Positions 19,575 to 30,834 of a stretch of DNA of 64,000 bases are shown one piece after another. This DNA is from an uncultured Actinomycetes bacterium (GTDB taxonomy: Bacteria > Actinomycetota > Thermoleophilia > RBG-16-64-13), in assembly GCA_963706025.1 (NCBI GenBank), contig CAVPLM010000010.1, forward strand, positions 31,959 to 95,958. Reading direction: 5' to 3'. A program made the position numbers and the translations under genes. Under the pieces are notes generated by a model. That model made no database searches. It was not told the origin of the DNA and worked only from the letters and a program-made list of their open reading frames with translations. Each line of letters begins with the position of its first letter. Position 1 is the first letter of the stretch.

Positions 19575-20962
19575 TGCGCCTCCGGGCCGGCGTAGCCAGC
19601 GATCGCGGCCTCGTCCGCCAGAACAACGAGGACTCCTATCTGGTCCGGCGAGGGCTCTACGCGGTCTGCGACGGCATGGGAGGCGCGCGGGCCGGCGAGG
19701 TGGCGTCCGAGATGGCCTGCCGGGGCCTTCTCGCCCTGGATACGGCCCAGGCCACGGCGGACGAACTCCGCGAGGCCATCATCAAGGTCGACCGGGCCAT
19801 AGTCGACCGCAGTCTCGGGGAGGAGGGTCTTCTGGGCATGGGCACCACCCTGACGGCTGCTCTGGCCGGCGAAGGATCTTTGACTCTGGCCCACGTGGGG
19901 GATTCGCGGGCCTACCTGCTGCGCGAGGGCGACCTGATCCAGCTCACCGACGATCACTCCTGGGTGGGGGAGATGGTCCGCCGGGGAGAGCTGACCCCGG
20001 CCCAGGCAGCCGTCCATCCGCACCGGAGCGTCATCACCAGGGTGCTCGGCACCGAGGGCGAGCTCGAGCCCGACATGATCGAAGTGCCCGTGGAAGCGGG
20101 CGACCGCGTCCTGCTCTGCAGCGACGGATTGACGGGCATGGTCTCCGATCAGGAACTGGCTGGGATCCTTCAACAGGACGCCGATCCGCAGACGGTCGCC
20201 GAGCTCCTGGTTCAGGCCGCCCTATCCGGCGGCGGCGAAGACAACGTGACCGTCGTCGTGGTGGACGTGATGCCATCCTCCCCGGCTCCCGGGTCGCCGC
20301 CCGGCGACGGAGAGACCGATGAAGGGGGCGAGACCGCCGGCGGCGGCGAGACCCCCGGCGAAGGCGACGAGGCTGGCGATGAGGGCGCGCCCCCCGGCGA
20401 AGACGAGACCCCCCAGGATGGCGGAGACGAGATCTTGCTGGGACCAAGCGACCGCGGGATCGTCTCCGCGGCGACGGCAGGCCGCGGCGGGCGAGCGGGC
20501 GCGGGGATGCGCGGGCGCCTTGGCGGGCGCATCGGTCCGTTCCTAAGCCCCTCTGTCCGCCGCCCCGTGGGCGGGGCCACGGCGGCGGGGCAGGCGGGGG
20601 GCACGGTGTCCTCTCTGGAGGCGACCACACAGGTGGAGCCGGCCGAGGCCGGGAGCAGGCGGTGGACCCGGCGGCGGTGGGCCATCCTCGCGGTAACGAT
20701 TGTGGTCGTGGTGGCGGTCTTGGTCGGCGGGTTTGCCGTCTACAACTCCACCGTCTACTACATCGGCACCTTCGCCGGCACCGTGGCCCTCTTCCAGGGT
20801 CTGCCGGCAAGCATCCTCGGCATCGACCTCTCCTCCGTCATCGAGATGGGGGCGGTAGCCCGTGATTCGCTCGCCCCCCACCTGCAGGCGCGGGTGGACG
20901 CGCATGATCTCATCAGCAAGGAAGAGGGACAGCTGTTCCTCCGGACCCTGAGCGCGCAGTAG
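19571..20962 (+). CDS. pstP: PP2C-family Ser/Thr phosphatase (Stp1/PstP) with TM
   Basis: RQNNEDS, CDGMGG, HVGDSRAY, CSDGLT, GGEDNVT. Confidence 0.93.
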   Translation: MMRLRAGVASDRGLVRQNNEDSYLVRRGLYAVCDGMGGARAGEVASEMACRGLLALDTAQATADELREAIIKVDRAIVDRSLGEEGLLGMGTTLTAALAGEGSLTLAHVGDSRAYLLREGDLIQLTDDHSWVGEMVRRGELTPAQAAVHPHRSVITRVLGTEGELEPDMIEVPVEAGDRVLLCSDGLTGMVSDQELAGILQQDADPQTVAELLVQAALSGGGEDNVTVVVVDVMPSSPAPGSPPGDGETDEGGETAGGGETPGEGDEAGDEGAPPGEDETPQDGGDEILLGPSDRGIVSAATAGRGGRAGAGMRGRLGGRIGPFLSPSVRRPVGGATAAGQAGGTVSSLEATTQVEPAEAGSRRWTRRRWAILAVTIVVVVAVLVGGFAVYNSTVYYIGTFAGTVALFQGLPASILGIDLSSVIEMGAVARDSLAPHLQARVDAHDLISKEEGQLFLRTLSAQ

Positions 20963-22319
20963 TGAGCACACGCAATCGCGAGCTGGTGTTCCTCGTCCCG
21001 GCGCTGGTCCTCACCACTCTGGGGTTCGCCCTGGTCTACACCCAGAAGTCCTCCGTCCTCACCCTGTCCTCTCTGACGTACGGCGCCCTCTTTCTAGCCC
21101 TGTTCGCGATCGCCCACATCGGCCGCCGGGTGCTGGCCCCCTACGCCGATCCCTATCTGCTGCCCATCACAGCTCTGCTGTCGACCCTCGGCATCCTGTT
21201 CCTGTACCGCCTGAACGAGAAGCTGGCCCTTCAGCAGGCCATGTGGCTGGTGGTCGGGCTGGCGGCCTTTCTGCTGGTGCTGGTGTTCGTGCGCGATCTC
21301 AAGGTGCTGCGCGACTACCGGTTCTTGATCGGCATCGCCGGGCTTCTCCTGCTCCTCCTAACGGCCGTCTTCGGGCGCGAGATCAATGGAGCCCGGCTGT
21401 GGGTGGCCTTCGGTCCCATCCGCTTCCAGCCCGCGGAATTCGGCAAGATCTTGCTCATGGTCTTCTTTGCCGCCTACCTGGTGGACATCAGGGAGGCGCT
21501 CACGGTGAGCACCCGCCGCGTGCTGGGGGTGCCTCTGCCGCCGTTTCGCTACCTGGCGCCGCTCCTCACCATCTGGGTCCTGTCGATGATGCTGATGATC
21601 TTCATGAAGGACCTGGGCACCAGCCTCCTCTTCTTCGGCGCGCTTCTCGCCCTTCTGTACGTCGCCACCGGGCGCGTCTTCTACGTGGTTGGTCGGAATG
21701 GCGCTGTTCATCGCCGGCGCGGCTCTGCTCTACTTCATTTTCCCCCATGTGCAGACCCGTATCGACATCTGGCTCGATCCCTGGAAAGACCCCACCGGGA
21801 AGGGCTATCAGATCGTCCAGTCCTTGTTCGCGCTGGCAGCCGGGGGCCTGTTCGGCCGCGGCTTGGGCCAGGGGTATCTGCATCCTGCAATCGGGCGATA
21901 CCATCATCCCCGCTCTGGAGACCGACTTCATCTTCTCCGCCATCGGGGAGGAGCTGGGACTGGTGGGGGCGGTGGGCGTCATCCTCCTCTACCTGATCTT
22001 CACCTATCGGGGCTTTCGCATCGCCGTGCGGGCTCGGGACGATTTCTCCCGTTTGCTGGCCACCGGACTCACCAGCATCTTCGCGTTGCAGGCCTTCCTC
22101 ATCATGGGCGGGGTCATCAAGCTGATCCCCCTCACCGGCATAACCCTGCCGTTCGTGAGCTATGGCGGCAGCTCCATCGTGTCCAACTTCGTCCTCTTGG
22201 CCCTGCTGCTCCGTACGAGCGACAGCGTGGCGCGCCAGGAGGCAGCCGAGCACCGGCTGGGGCCGCGGCCGGCGCCGGGCGTCGGGGGCCCGCGGCCGGC
22301 CGTGGGGACGGGGGCGTAG
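20962..22319 (+). CDS. rodA: SEDS-family RodA/FtsW (frameshifted)
   Basis: NGARLW, FQPAEFGK, KDLGTS, GYQIVQS, TDFIFSAIGEELG, PLTGITLPFVSYGGSS. Confidence 0.92.
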
Positions 22320-23717
22320 ATGAGCCGTCCTCTCCGCCGGCTGTTCCTCGTCTTCGTGCTGCTCTTCGTGGCCCTGGTGGTGCAGCTCACCTATGTCCAG
22401 GTGTGGGCCGCGCCGAAGCTGAAGGTCAACCCGGCGAACACCCGGGCCCTGGAAGAAGAGATGAAGGTGGAACGGGGAGTGATCGTGTCCGCCGACGGGG
22501 AGGAGCTGGCCGTGAACCGCAAGGAGGGCCAGTACTATCTTCCGCGAATACCCGCTGGGCAGTCTCACCTCTCCCTGGCTGGGCTACAACAGCCTGCGCT
22601 ACGGCCGGGCCGGCGTGGAGCGGGTCTACAACGAGGAGCTCTCCGGCCAGTCCGGGATCCTGGGGATCACGAACTACTGGGACCAGATCGTAGGCAATCC
22701 CCATCGGGGGGCCGACCTCAAGCTCACCGTGAACATGGCGTTGCAGAGGGTGGCGGCCGAGGCCCTCGGCGATAGGAAGGGGGCGGTGGTGGCCCTCGAT
22801 CCCAAGACGGGGGCGGTGCTGGCCATGGTCTCGTACCCGCGCTACGACCCCAACGACATCGACGAGCAATGGGAGGAGATCAACTCCGACCCCGGCAGGC
22901 CCCTGATCAACAGGGCGACTCAGGGCCTCTATCCACCCGGCTCGGTCTTCAAGATAGTGGTGGCCGGCGCCGCCCTGCAGACCGGCACGGTCACTCCCCA
23001 GACCGAGTTCGAAGACACAGGGGAGTACGTCGCCGGGGGATATCGTGGTGACCAACTACGGCGACAAAGTCTACGGGGTGCACGACTTCACCAAGGCCTT
23101 CGCGAGCAGTATCAACACCACTTTCGCCAAGGTAGGGGTGGAGATGGGGGCGGACACGCTCGCGGACTACGCGTCCGCTTTCGGCTTCAACAGGGAGTCG
23201 CCCTGGCCGCTGGGCGCGAGCAGGAGTTTCTTCCCCGATCCGGCGGATATGGACGAGGCCCACGTGGCCCAGGCCTCCTTCGGGCAGGGAGAGGTGCTCT
23301 CCACCCCCCTCGCAGATCGCACTGGCCGCCGCGGCCGTGGCCAATGGGGGCGAGATCATGGAGCCCTATCTGGTGAGCCAGGTACTGGACTATCACAAGA
23401 ACATGCTCCAGGAGACCCGGCCCCGGGTCTGGCTACGGCCGCTCAACAGCGAGACGGCGGCCATGATGCGCGACCTCATGATCGAAGTGGTCAACAACGG
23501 CACGGGAACCTCGGCCGCCATCGATGGCGTCCAGGTAGCGGGCAAGACAGGGACAGCTGAGGTGGCTGACGCCGGTCCACACTCCTGGTTCGCCGCGTTT
23601 GCTCCGGCCGACGATCCCCAAGTGGTGGTGGCCGTGCTGGTCGAGAACGCGGGCACCGGCAGCAGTGTCGCGGCGCCTATCGCACGTCAAGTCATCTCCG
23701 CAGCCCTGGGGCTCTGA
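22320..23717 (+). CDS. pbpA: Class B penicillin-binding protein PbpA (frameshifted)
   Basis: YPPGSVFK (SxxK), SSIN (SxN), GKTGT motifs in successive fragments. Confidence 0.92.
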
Positions 23718-23721
23718 TACT

Positions 23722-23730
23722 TGTGGATAA
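23722..23730 (-). promoter_or_regulatory. Consensus DnaA box
   Basis: TGTGGATAA (= TTATCCACA) in the short pbpA-pknB gap. Confidence 0.45.
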
Positions 23731-23775
23731 GGTAGTATTGCGCGCTATGGACCGTGAGCAAACGGGCGAAACTGC

Positions 23776-25806
23776 ATGGCGGAGGGCGAGAAAGCTTTGA
23801 TAGGGCGCGTTTTCGACAACCGCTACGAAGTCGTTCAGGCGCTGGGGAGCGGCGGGATGGCCGAGGTCTACCTCGCCAACGACCGACTCCTCGGCAGGCA
23901 GGTCGCGCTCAAGGTCCTCTCCTCACGCTACGCCAACGATGCCCAGTTCGTGGAGCGGTTCCGCCGCGAGGCCAGCAGTGCCGCAGGCCTCAACCACTCC
24001 AACATCGTGCAGATCTACGACCGCGGCGAGGCTGAGGGTACCTACTACATCGCCATGGAGTACCTCGAGGGGCGCTCGCTCAAAGAGATCATTTTGAAGT
24101 ACGCCCCGCTCAGCCCCGACCTCGTCGTGTCGGTCTCCGTGCAGATCCTCGAGGCCCTGCGTTTCGCACACCGCCGGGACGTCATCCACCGGGACATCAA
24201 GCCCCAGAACATCATCATCGACGGCGACGGGCGGGTGAAGGTGACCGACTTCGGCATCGCCCGGGCGGGCAGCGCCGCCACCATGACCGAAGCCGGTTCC
24301 ATCCTGGGTACGGCTCACTACCTGTCTCCGGAGCAGGCCCAGGGGCAGCCGGTGGAGGCGGCCTCCGACCTCTATTCGCTGGGCGTGGTCATGTACGAGA
24401 TGGCCACCGGCAAGCTGCCTTTCGACGGTGACAACCCGGTGGGCATCGCCATGCAACACGTGCACGAGCGGCCGGTGGCGCCGCGCACGATCGCACCCGA
24501 CATCCCCGAGAATCTGGAGGGCGTCATCCTGCGCTCCCTGGGCAAACAGCCCACCGAACGTTATATCACCGCTCAGGCCATGCTCGCGGACCTGAGACGC
24601 GTGCAGGACGGGGAGTCGGTCAGCGCGCCCGCCGCGTTCGTCGAGGAAGCCACCCAAGTCATGACCCCGGCCGCGGTCGCCGCGGCGGCGCAGCCCACGC
24701 AGGTGCGCCCGAGAGGCCCTGAATATGCCGAGCAGCTTCCGGAGCCTTTCTATGGTCAGGCACCGCGCCGGCGGAGCGTCTGGCCCTGGATACTGGTGAT
24801 AGTCCTCCTGCTGGCCCTCGGCGGCGGGGCCTACGCCGTCTTCTCCAACTGGGAGAGATCCGCGGTGGAGACTGCGGCCGTGCCGGGGGTGGTGGGCCTG
24901 AGTGAGGCGAAGGCCAAGGAGGTCATCGAGGCGGCGGGCTTCAAGTTCGACCTTGCGGGAGAGCAACCCTCGGGCGACGTCGCGAAAGGCGACATCGCCC
25001 GGCAGGACCCGGAAGAAGGCACCAATTTGGAACTGGGGAAGACGGTCGGCGTGTGGATCTCTTCGGGCCAAGGGAAGGTAGAGGTGCCGAACGTGGTCGG
25101 CAAGACCCAGGTCGCGGCGGCCCAACAGTTGGGCGCGCTCGGGCTGGACGTGGCCACAAAGGAAGAGACCGCCAAGGATAAGGAGGTGGGTACGGTCATC
25201 CGCCAGAGCCCGGGAGCCGGCGAGCAAGTCGATGCCGGTACCAAGGTGACCATCGTCGTGGTCGCGCCGAGCAACACGGTGAACATACCGCGTCTCATCG
25301 GCATGAGTCAGGACTCCGCCGTGGCTCTCATCGAGGGGATGAAGCTGGTGCCCAAGGTGGAGGAGCGAGACTCCACCGAGCCGGGGAAGACCTGCGTCGA
25401 CCAGGATCCCAAAGAGGGCGCGGAGGCCCTGCCGGGGGATACGGTCACCATCTACGTCAGCAACGCCCCCGAGGTGACGACCGTCAGAGTGCCACCGGTA
25501 GCACAGATGGGGTACACGGTCGCTCAAGCCCGAGCCAGGCTGGCAACCTACGGCCTACGCTCGAACACGGTCGAGGCGGAGACGCCGGACTACCCGCCCG
25601 GCGAGGTCATCGGCCAGGATCCGCCCGCCGGGCGCGAGGTGGAGAGGGGTAGTATCGTGGAACTCACCGTCGCCAAGGAGCCGCCGACGACCACCACCAC
25701 GACCCTGCCGCCGACTACCACCACGACCCAGCCGACCACCACGACGACCAGGCCGCCGACAACCACGACGACCCAACCCCCCTCCACCTCCACCACGTCC
25801 TTCTGA
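23776..25806 (+). CDS. pknB: PASTA-domain Ser/Thr kinase PknB
   Basis: LGSGGMAEV, HRDIKPQN, DFGIAR, GTAHYLSPE; TM; four PASTA repeats; Thr-rich tail. Confidence 0.96.
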   Translation: MAEGEKALIGRVFDNRYEVVQALGSGGMAEVYLANDRLLGRQVALKVLSSRYANDAQFVERFRREASSAAGLNHSNIVQIYDRGEAEGTYYIAMEYLEGRSLKEIILKYAPLSPDLVVSVSVQILEALRFAHRRDVIHRDIKPQNIIIDGDGRVKVTDFGIARAGSAATMTEAGSILGTAHYLSPEQAQGQPVEAASDLYSLGVVMYEMATGKLPFDGDNPVGIAMQHVHERPVAPRTIAPDIPENLEGVILRSLGKQPTERYITAQAMLADLRRVQDGESVSAPAAFVEEATQVMTPAAVAAAAQPTQVRPRGPEYAEQLPEPFYGQAPRRRSVWPWILVIVLLLALGGGAYAVFSNWERSAVETAAVPGVVGLSEAKAKEVIEAAGFKFDLAGEQPSGDVAKGDIARQDPEEGTNLELGKTVGVWISSGQGKVEVPNVVGKTQVAAAQQLGALGLDVATKEETAKDKEVGTVIRQSPGAGEQVDAGTKVTIVVVAPSNTVNIPRLIGMSQDSAVALIEGMKLVPKVEERDSTEPGKTCVDQDPKEGAEALPGDTVTIYVSNAPEVTTVRVPPVAQMGYTVAQARARLATYGLRSNTVEAETPDYPPGEVIGQDPPAGREVERGSIVELTVAKEPPTTTTTTLPPTTTTTQPTTTTTRPPTTTTTQPPSTSTTSF

Positions 25807-25898
25807 CGGCGCCTTCTGGCTGCCGCCCGCCGATGTAGGTCGGCCGCCCTGCGCGGGGCTGCTACAATCGCTGCTCAAGCGCGAAGGTGAGGTCGACA

Positions 25899-28800
25899 GT
25901 GAGCGTAGAGAAGCCCACGTTTCAGAATGTTCTGCTGGGCCTGGAGGAGTTTTGGGCCAGGCAGGGTTGTGTCATCTGGCAGCCGCATCACACCGAAGTG
26001 GGAGCGGGCACTTTCAATCCGGCCACGTTCCTCAAGGTGCTGGGCCCGGACCCGTGGAAGGTGGCTTACACGGAACCCTCCATCCGCCCCACCGATGGGC
26101 GCTACGGGGAGAACCCCTACCGCCTCGGTCATTACTATCAGTATCAGGTGATCCTCAAGCCCTGCCCCGACGACGTGCAGGATGTCTACCTGGCTTCTCT
26201 GGAGTACTTGGGCATCGATCTTGCCAAGCACGACGTTCGTTTCGTGGAAGACGACTGGGAATCTCCAACCCTGGGCGCCTGGGGACTGGGCTGGGAAGTG
26301 TGGATCGACGGCATGGAGTGCACTCAGTTCACCTACTTCCAGCAGGTGGGAGGCATCGATCTCGATCCCCCCAGCGTGGAACTCACCTACGGCACCGAGC
26401 GGCTCGCGATGTATCTGCAGGGTGTGGACAACGTCTTCGATCTGGTGTGGGTCCCGGGCGTCACCTATGGGGACGTGCACAAGGCCAACGAGGCCCAGTG
26501 GTCGGTGTACAACTTCGATCTGGCCGATGTGGGTATGTTGCAGAAGGCCTTCGCCGACAACGAGCGCGAGTGCGAGCGGTGTCTGGAACGGGGGCTGGTG
26601 AGGCCGGCATACGACTTCGTACTCAAGAGCTCGCACATGTTCAACCTGCTGGACGCCCGGGGTGCGATCAGCGTGACCGAGCGGACCGGCTACATCGCCC
26701 GGGTCCGCAACCTTGCCCGCAAAGTGGCCGAGGGGTACGTCGGTCAACTCGATGGAGGGGCCGCCGCCGGGCCTGCTAGTGCCGCGGACACTGGCGTGGC
26801 CGTCGCTGCCGCGGCCGTGGCTGCCGCGGACGGCGCCGCCGAGGTAGCGACCGGGGCCGGTGCCGCCCCGGCCCCCGCCGACTATGCGGTCGGGCAGGGT
26901 GTCGACGGAGAGGGTACCGCCTGGATTCCGCCCGAGAGCCGCGAGGGCCGCGATCTGCTGCTCGAGATCGGCGTGGAGGAGATGCCCGCGTCTGCGTGCC
27001 GAGCCGCGATCGACCTGCTGCCCGACCGGGTGGCGGGACTTTTCGGCGCCGAAGGGGTGGAGCTCAGACGCGAGGACGTCCAGGTGATGGTGTCTCCCCG
27101 GCGCATCGCGGTGCTGATCAAGGACGTGCCCGGCGAACAGACCCCTCGGGAGATCGTCCAGCGCGGCCCCGCGCTCGAGGCTGCCTTCGACGCGGAAGGC
27201 AGGCCCACCAAAGCCGCGGAAGGCTTCGCCCGGGCCAAAGGCGTGTCCGCCGACGATCTCGAGGTGCGGGAGGAGGCGGGGCGCCGGTTCGTCTACTACG
27301 TGACCAGGAGCGAAGCCAGGCCAACGGCAGGGCTCCTTCCCGACATCTGCCTCAAGATCGTCCGCGACATGTATTTCCCCAAGAACATGCGCTGGGGTTA
27401 TCGCGATCTGCGGTTCTCCAGGCCGGTACGCTGGTTGGTGGGCCTTTGGGGAGAGACGGTGATCCCGTTCGGCCTCGCCGGGCTGGTCTCGGGAAGGACC
27501 AGCCACGGCCATCGCTGGCTTGGGGGTGCGGTGGATATCGCCCGTGCGGCCGACTACGTCGAGGCGCTCCGCTCGGCGGCGGTCGTGGTCGACCATCGCG
27601 AGCGGGAGGCGTTGATCTGGTCGGAATTGGAGCGGGCGGCCGGTGAGGAAGATCTCGAGGTCGTGGATCCCGGCGGCAAGATGGAAGAAGTGCTGTTCCT
27701 GGTGGAGCAGCCCACCGTGGCCAGGGGCCTTTTTGCTCATCACCACCTAGCCCTGCCCGCCGAAGTGCTGGTGACGGCCATGCAGTCGCATCAGCGTTAC
27801 TTCCCGCTGGTGCAGGGGGACGGGACCCTCTCGAACCGGTTCCTCTACGTGACCAATGGCGACCCCGCCTGGGTGAAGCAGATCACCGCCGGCAACGAGC
27901 GGGTGCTCCAGGGCAGGATAGAAGACGCGGAGTTCTCCTTCGAAAAAGACAAGGTCACGGGGCTCGAACAGATGGCGGCCCAACTCGGCAAGATCGTCTT
28001 CCACGAGAAGGCCGGGAGTATGAAGGACAAGACCGACCGCCTGGTGGGTCTCACCGCGTACCTGGCGGAGGTGACCGGCGCTCCCGACGAAGTCCGGGAG
28101 CGCGCCCTCGAAGCCGCCCGTCTGGCCAAGGCCGACCAGGTCTCGGTGATGGTGCGCGAGTTCGCCGACCTGGAAGGGGTCATGGGCGAGAAGTACGCCC
28201 TCATGGAAGGTCATCACCCCGAGGTGGCCCAAGCGCTCCGGGAGCAGTTCCTCCCCGACGCGGCCGGCGGCGTGGTCCCGGTGACCGCGCCCGGAGCTTT
28301 GCTGGCCACGGCGGAGAAGGTGGACAACATCGCCGCCGCCTTCGCCTGCGGCGAGCCCCCGTCCGGCTCGAAAGACCCCTACGGCCTGCGCCGGGCGGCG
28401 GCCGGCATGGTGGCCATCGCCGGTCACCACCGACTCGGTTATGACGTCGAGCGCTTGCTAGGTCGTGCCTACGACGGGCTGGAGCGTTTTCCGGGCCTGG
28501 TGGAACGCGAGTCCGTGGTGCCCGAAGCGACGGCCTTCATCCTGGAGCGGCTGGCCAAAAGCCTCACCGATGAGGGGGTGGCGCGTGACACGGTCGACGC
28601 GGTGCTTCCCACCTCTCGCGACTTCCTGGATCTGCGGGCCCGGGCCGCGGCGCTGCACGGATTCCGGTCGGGAGAGTCGTGGGAGGACCTGGTGACCGTC
28701 TTCACCCGGCCGTCGAATCTGGCGCGGAAGTTGCCCCCCGACGAAGCCGCCGAGGCGACCGCCCGCCCGCAGGGCGGAGTGTCGCCGGCGCTGTTCCAGG

Positions 28801-29052
28801 CCGAGGCCGAGTCGGCGCTGTTCGACGCCTGGCAAGAGGCGGCGGGCGCGGTCGCGGCGGCGGTCGAAGGACAGCAGTATGGTGATGCCCTCACCGCTCT
28901 GGCGGCGCTGCGTCCGGCAGTCGACCGGTACTTCGACGACGTGCTGGTCATGGCGGAGGATGAGGCGGTCCGGCGTCAACCGGCTGCGCCAGTTGGCCGC
29001 GATAGCGGCGACGGTGCGCAGCGTGGCCTGGCTGGAGTTGGTCCAGGGCTGA
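25899..29052 (+). CDS. glyQS: Fused glycine--tRNA ligase alpha+beta (frameshift near 3' end)
   Basis: Alpha: [21 protein letters not shown]; beta: [27 protein letters not shown]; one ORF with Ala-rich linker; shifted end VNRLRQL...LVQG*. Confidence 0.92.
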
Positions 29053-29061
29053 AGAACAATC

Positions 29062-29087
29062 CAGGGGGCGCCTTCCGGCGCCCCCTG
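29062..29087. terminator. Hairpin between convergent genes
   Basis: CAGGGGGCGCC-TTCC-GGCGCCCCCTG. Confidence 0.6.
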
Positions 29088-29175
29088 CGTCATGCTACGT
29101 ACGGTGTTTCTCTGTCGTCCTGCGCGCGCCGCGCAGTCCGGCGCCCGCGTGGCGTCAGTTGCGGCCGGCCACCTC

Positions 29176-30636
29176 TTAGGCGACCCTATCGCCGGCTTCT
29201 TCGGCCAACTGAGCGGCATCTTGGCCGCGTTGCTTGCGGCGCTGGTACTCCGGATCGGCTTCCAGCCAGGCATGCGCCCAGGGCATCTCGTTCTCCCAGA
29301 TGGGATTCAGCTTGTCGCGAACGCCGGCCGCATAGGTGTGAAGACCGGGCTGCAGTTCGTTGATCAACGACTCGGCCCCTTCATGGGTCGCGTAGGCGTG
29401 GTTGCGCTCGACGGCCCTCTTCATCACCGCCGGATGGTCGATGATGGGGCAAGGCCGCAGCAGGTTCTTGCCGAAGGGCTGCATCCGACGGAGGTCCTTG
29501 AAGAAGTCGGAGCACAGGCAATCGAGCAGCGGCTTGTCCTTGATGTTGTCGGTGGCGAAATGGGCGAAGATGCAAGGCTCTACATCGCCCTTGTTGTTGA
29601 TGTGGATGTACTTGCGTCCACCGGACAGGCATCCGCCGGTCAGGGTGCCGTCGCCCCAGAAATCGGCTACCAGAAGCGGCCGGGTGTTGCGGATGTGCAT
29701 CACCCCGCGGCGCAGCTGGTCCCGCTGGTCGGGGCTGGGCATGAGGCTGAGGTCGGGGTCGCGGCCCACCGGCATGTACGAGAAGTACCAGCCGTAGAAC
29801 GCGCCCTTTTCCACCATCAGATCGGCGAACTCGTCGGAGATGATCTCCTCGATGTTCTGGCTGGTGGCGGTGGCCGAAAAGGCGACCATGGCTCCGCGCT
29901 CGCGTAGGCGGTCCATGGCCGCCATGATGCGGTCGTAGGTGCCTGCACCGCGGCGGGCGTCGGTAGCCTCTCGACCACCTTCGATGCTGATCGTCGGGCA
30001 GAGGTTGCCCAACTCGACGATCCTGTCGGCCACCCGGTCGTTGATCATGGTGGCGTTGGTGAACACCATGAACACCGATTGCGGATGACGCTCGATCACG
30101 TCGAGGAGTGGCCGCCATACGAACGGCTCCCCTCCCAACATGACGAAGACTCGAGAGCCGATCTCCTCACTCTGGCAGATGATGCTTTCCACCTCTTCCT
30201 CGGTGAGGTCGTCCTCCGAGTCGTACTCGGCCGCATAGCACCCCACGCAGCGCAGGTTGCAGCGCATGGAGGGGCTGATGAGTATTGCCGTCGGCGAAGA
30301 AATGCCTCGTTCTTTCAGGAGCGACTCTGTGTAGTCCGGGTCCCGCATGAAGAAGTTGGCCATCATCCCGGCAACGAAACGTTTACGTACATTAGGATGA
30401 AGATGACGGATGTTCTTGAACAACTGGTTGCCGGGATTGCCGGGAGCCGTGTAGGTCTTGAGCCACTCGGCAATCATCTGCTGCTGCGGCGATTTAACCG
30501 TGCGCTTCACCGCCGTGGTGAGACCGCGCATGGCTAGATCGGAACTGCCGACTACGGCAAGGGCCCCCGAGATGATGGAGGCGGTCCTTTCGTAGTCGCG
30601 TCGTTCCCGAGCTGCTGTAAGTGAGAGCTCGGGCAT
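29176..30636 (-). CDS. Radical SAM protein with SPASM/twitch-like C-terminus
   Basis: [19 protein letters not shown]...EPC...RPCP; AAAGGAGG RBS. Confidence 0.9.
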   Translation of the reverse strand: MPELSLTAARERRDYERTASIISGALAVVGSSDLAMRGLTTAVKRTVKSPQQQMIAEWLKTYTAPGNPGNQLFKNIRHLHPNVRKRFVAGMMANFFMRDPDYTESLLKERGISSPTAILISPSMRCNLRCVGCYAAEYDSEDDLTEEEVESIICQSEEIGSRVFVMLGGEPFVWRPLLDVIERHPQSVFMVFTNATMINDRVADRIVELGNLCPTISIEGGREATDARRGAGTYDRIMAAMDRLRERGAMVAFSATATSQNIEEIISDEFADLMVEKGAFYGWYFSYMPVGRDPDLSLMPSPDQRDQLRRGVMHIRNTRPLLVADFWGDGTLTGGCLSGGRKYIHINNKGDVEPCIFAHFATDNIKDKPLLDCLCSDFFKDLRRMQPFGKNLLRPCPIIDHPAVMKRAVERNHAYATHEGAESLINELQPGLHTYAAGVRDKLNPIWENEMPWAHAWLEADPEYQRRKQRGQDAAQLAEEAGDRVA

Positions 30637-30834
30637 AAGACCTCCTTTCCTTGTCACGTTTTGTGTCTACCGCACTACCATAACACACCCTGAAGTGCCC
30701 GGCCGAGGGAGGGAGGGGGCCGGCCGGCCCTCGGCATTCGCTTCCCTTCGGTCGGCTGCTTCGTTAGAATATCTGGTTCCGGGGGGACAGGCAAAAGTGG
30801 TTCGCGTCGCGTTGTTCGAAGGGAGTTCCTGCTG

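Noticed and set aside
25686-25800. ACC/ACG-rich repeats at the end of pknB
   Set aside because: Ordinary Thr/Pro-rich protein tail, not a CRISPR or DNA-level element
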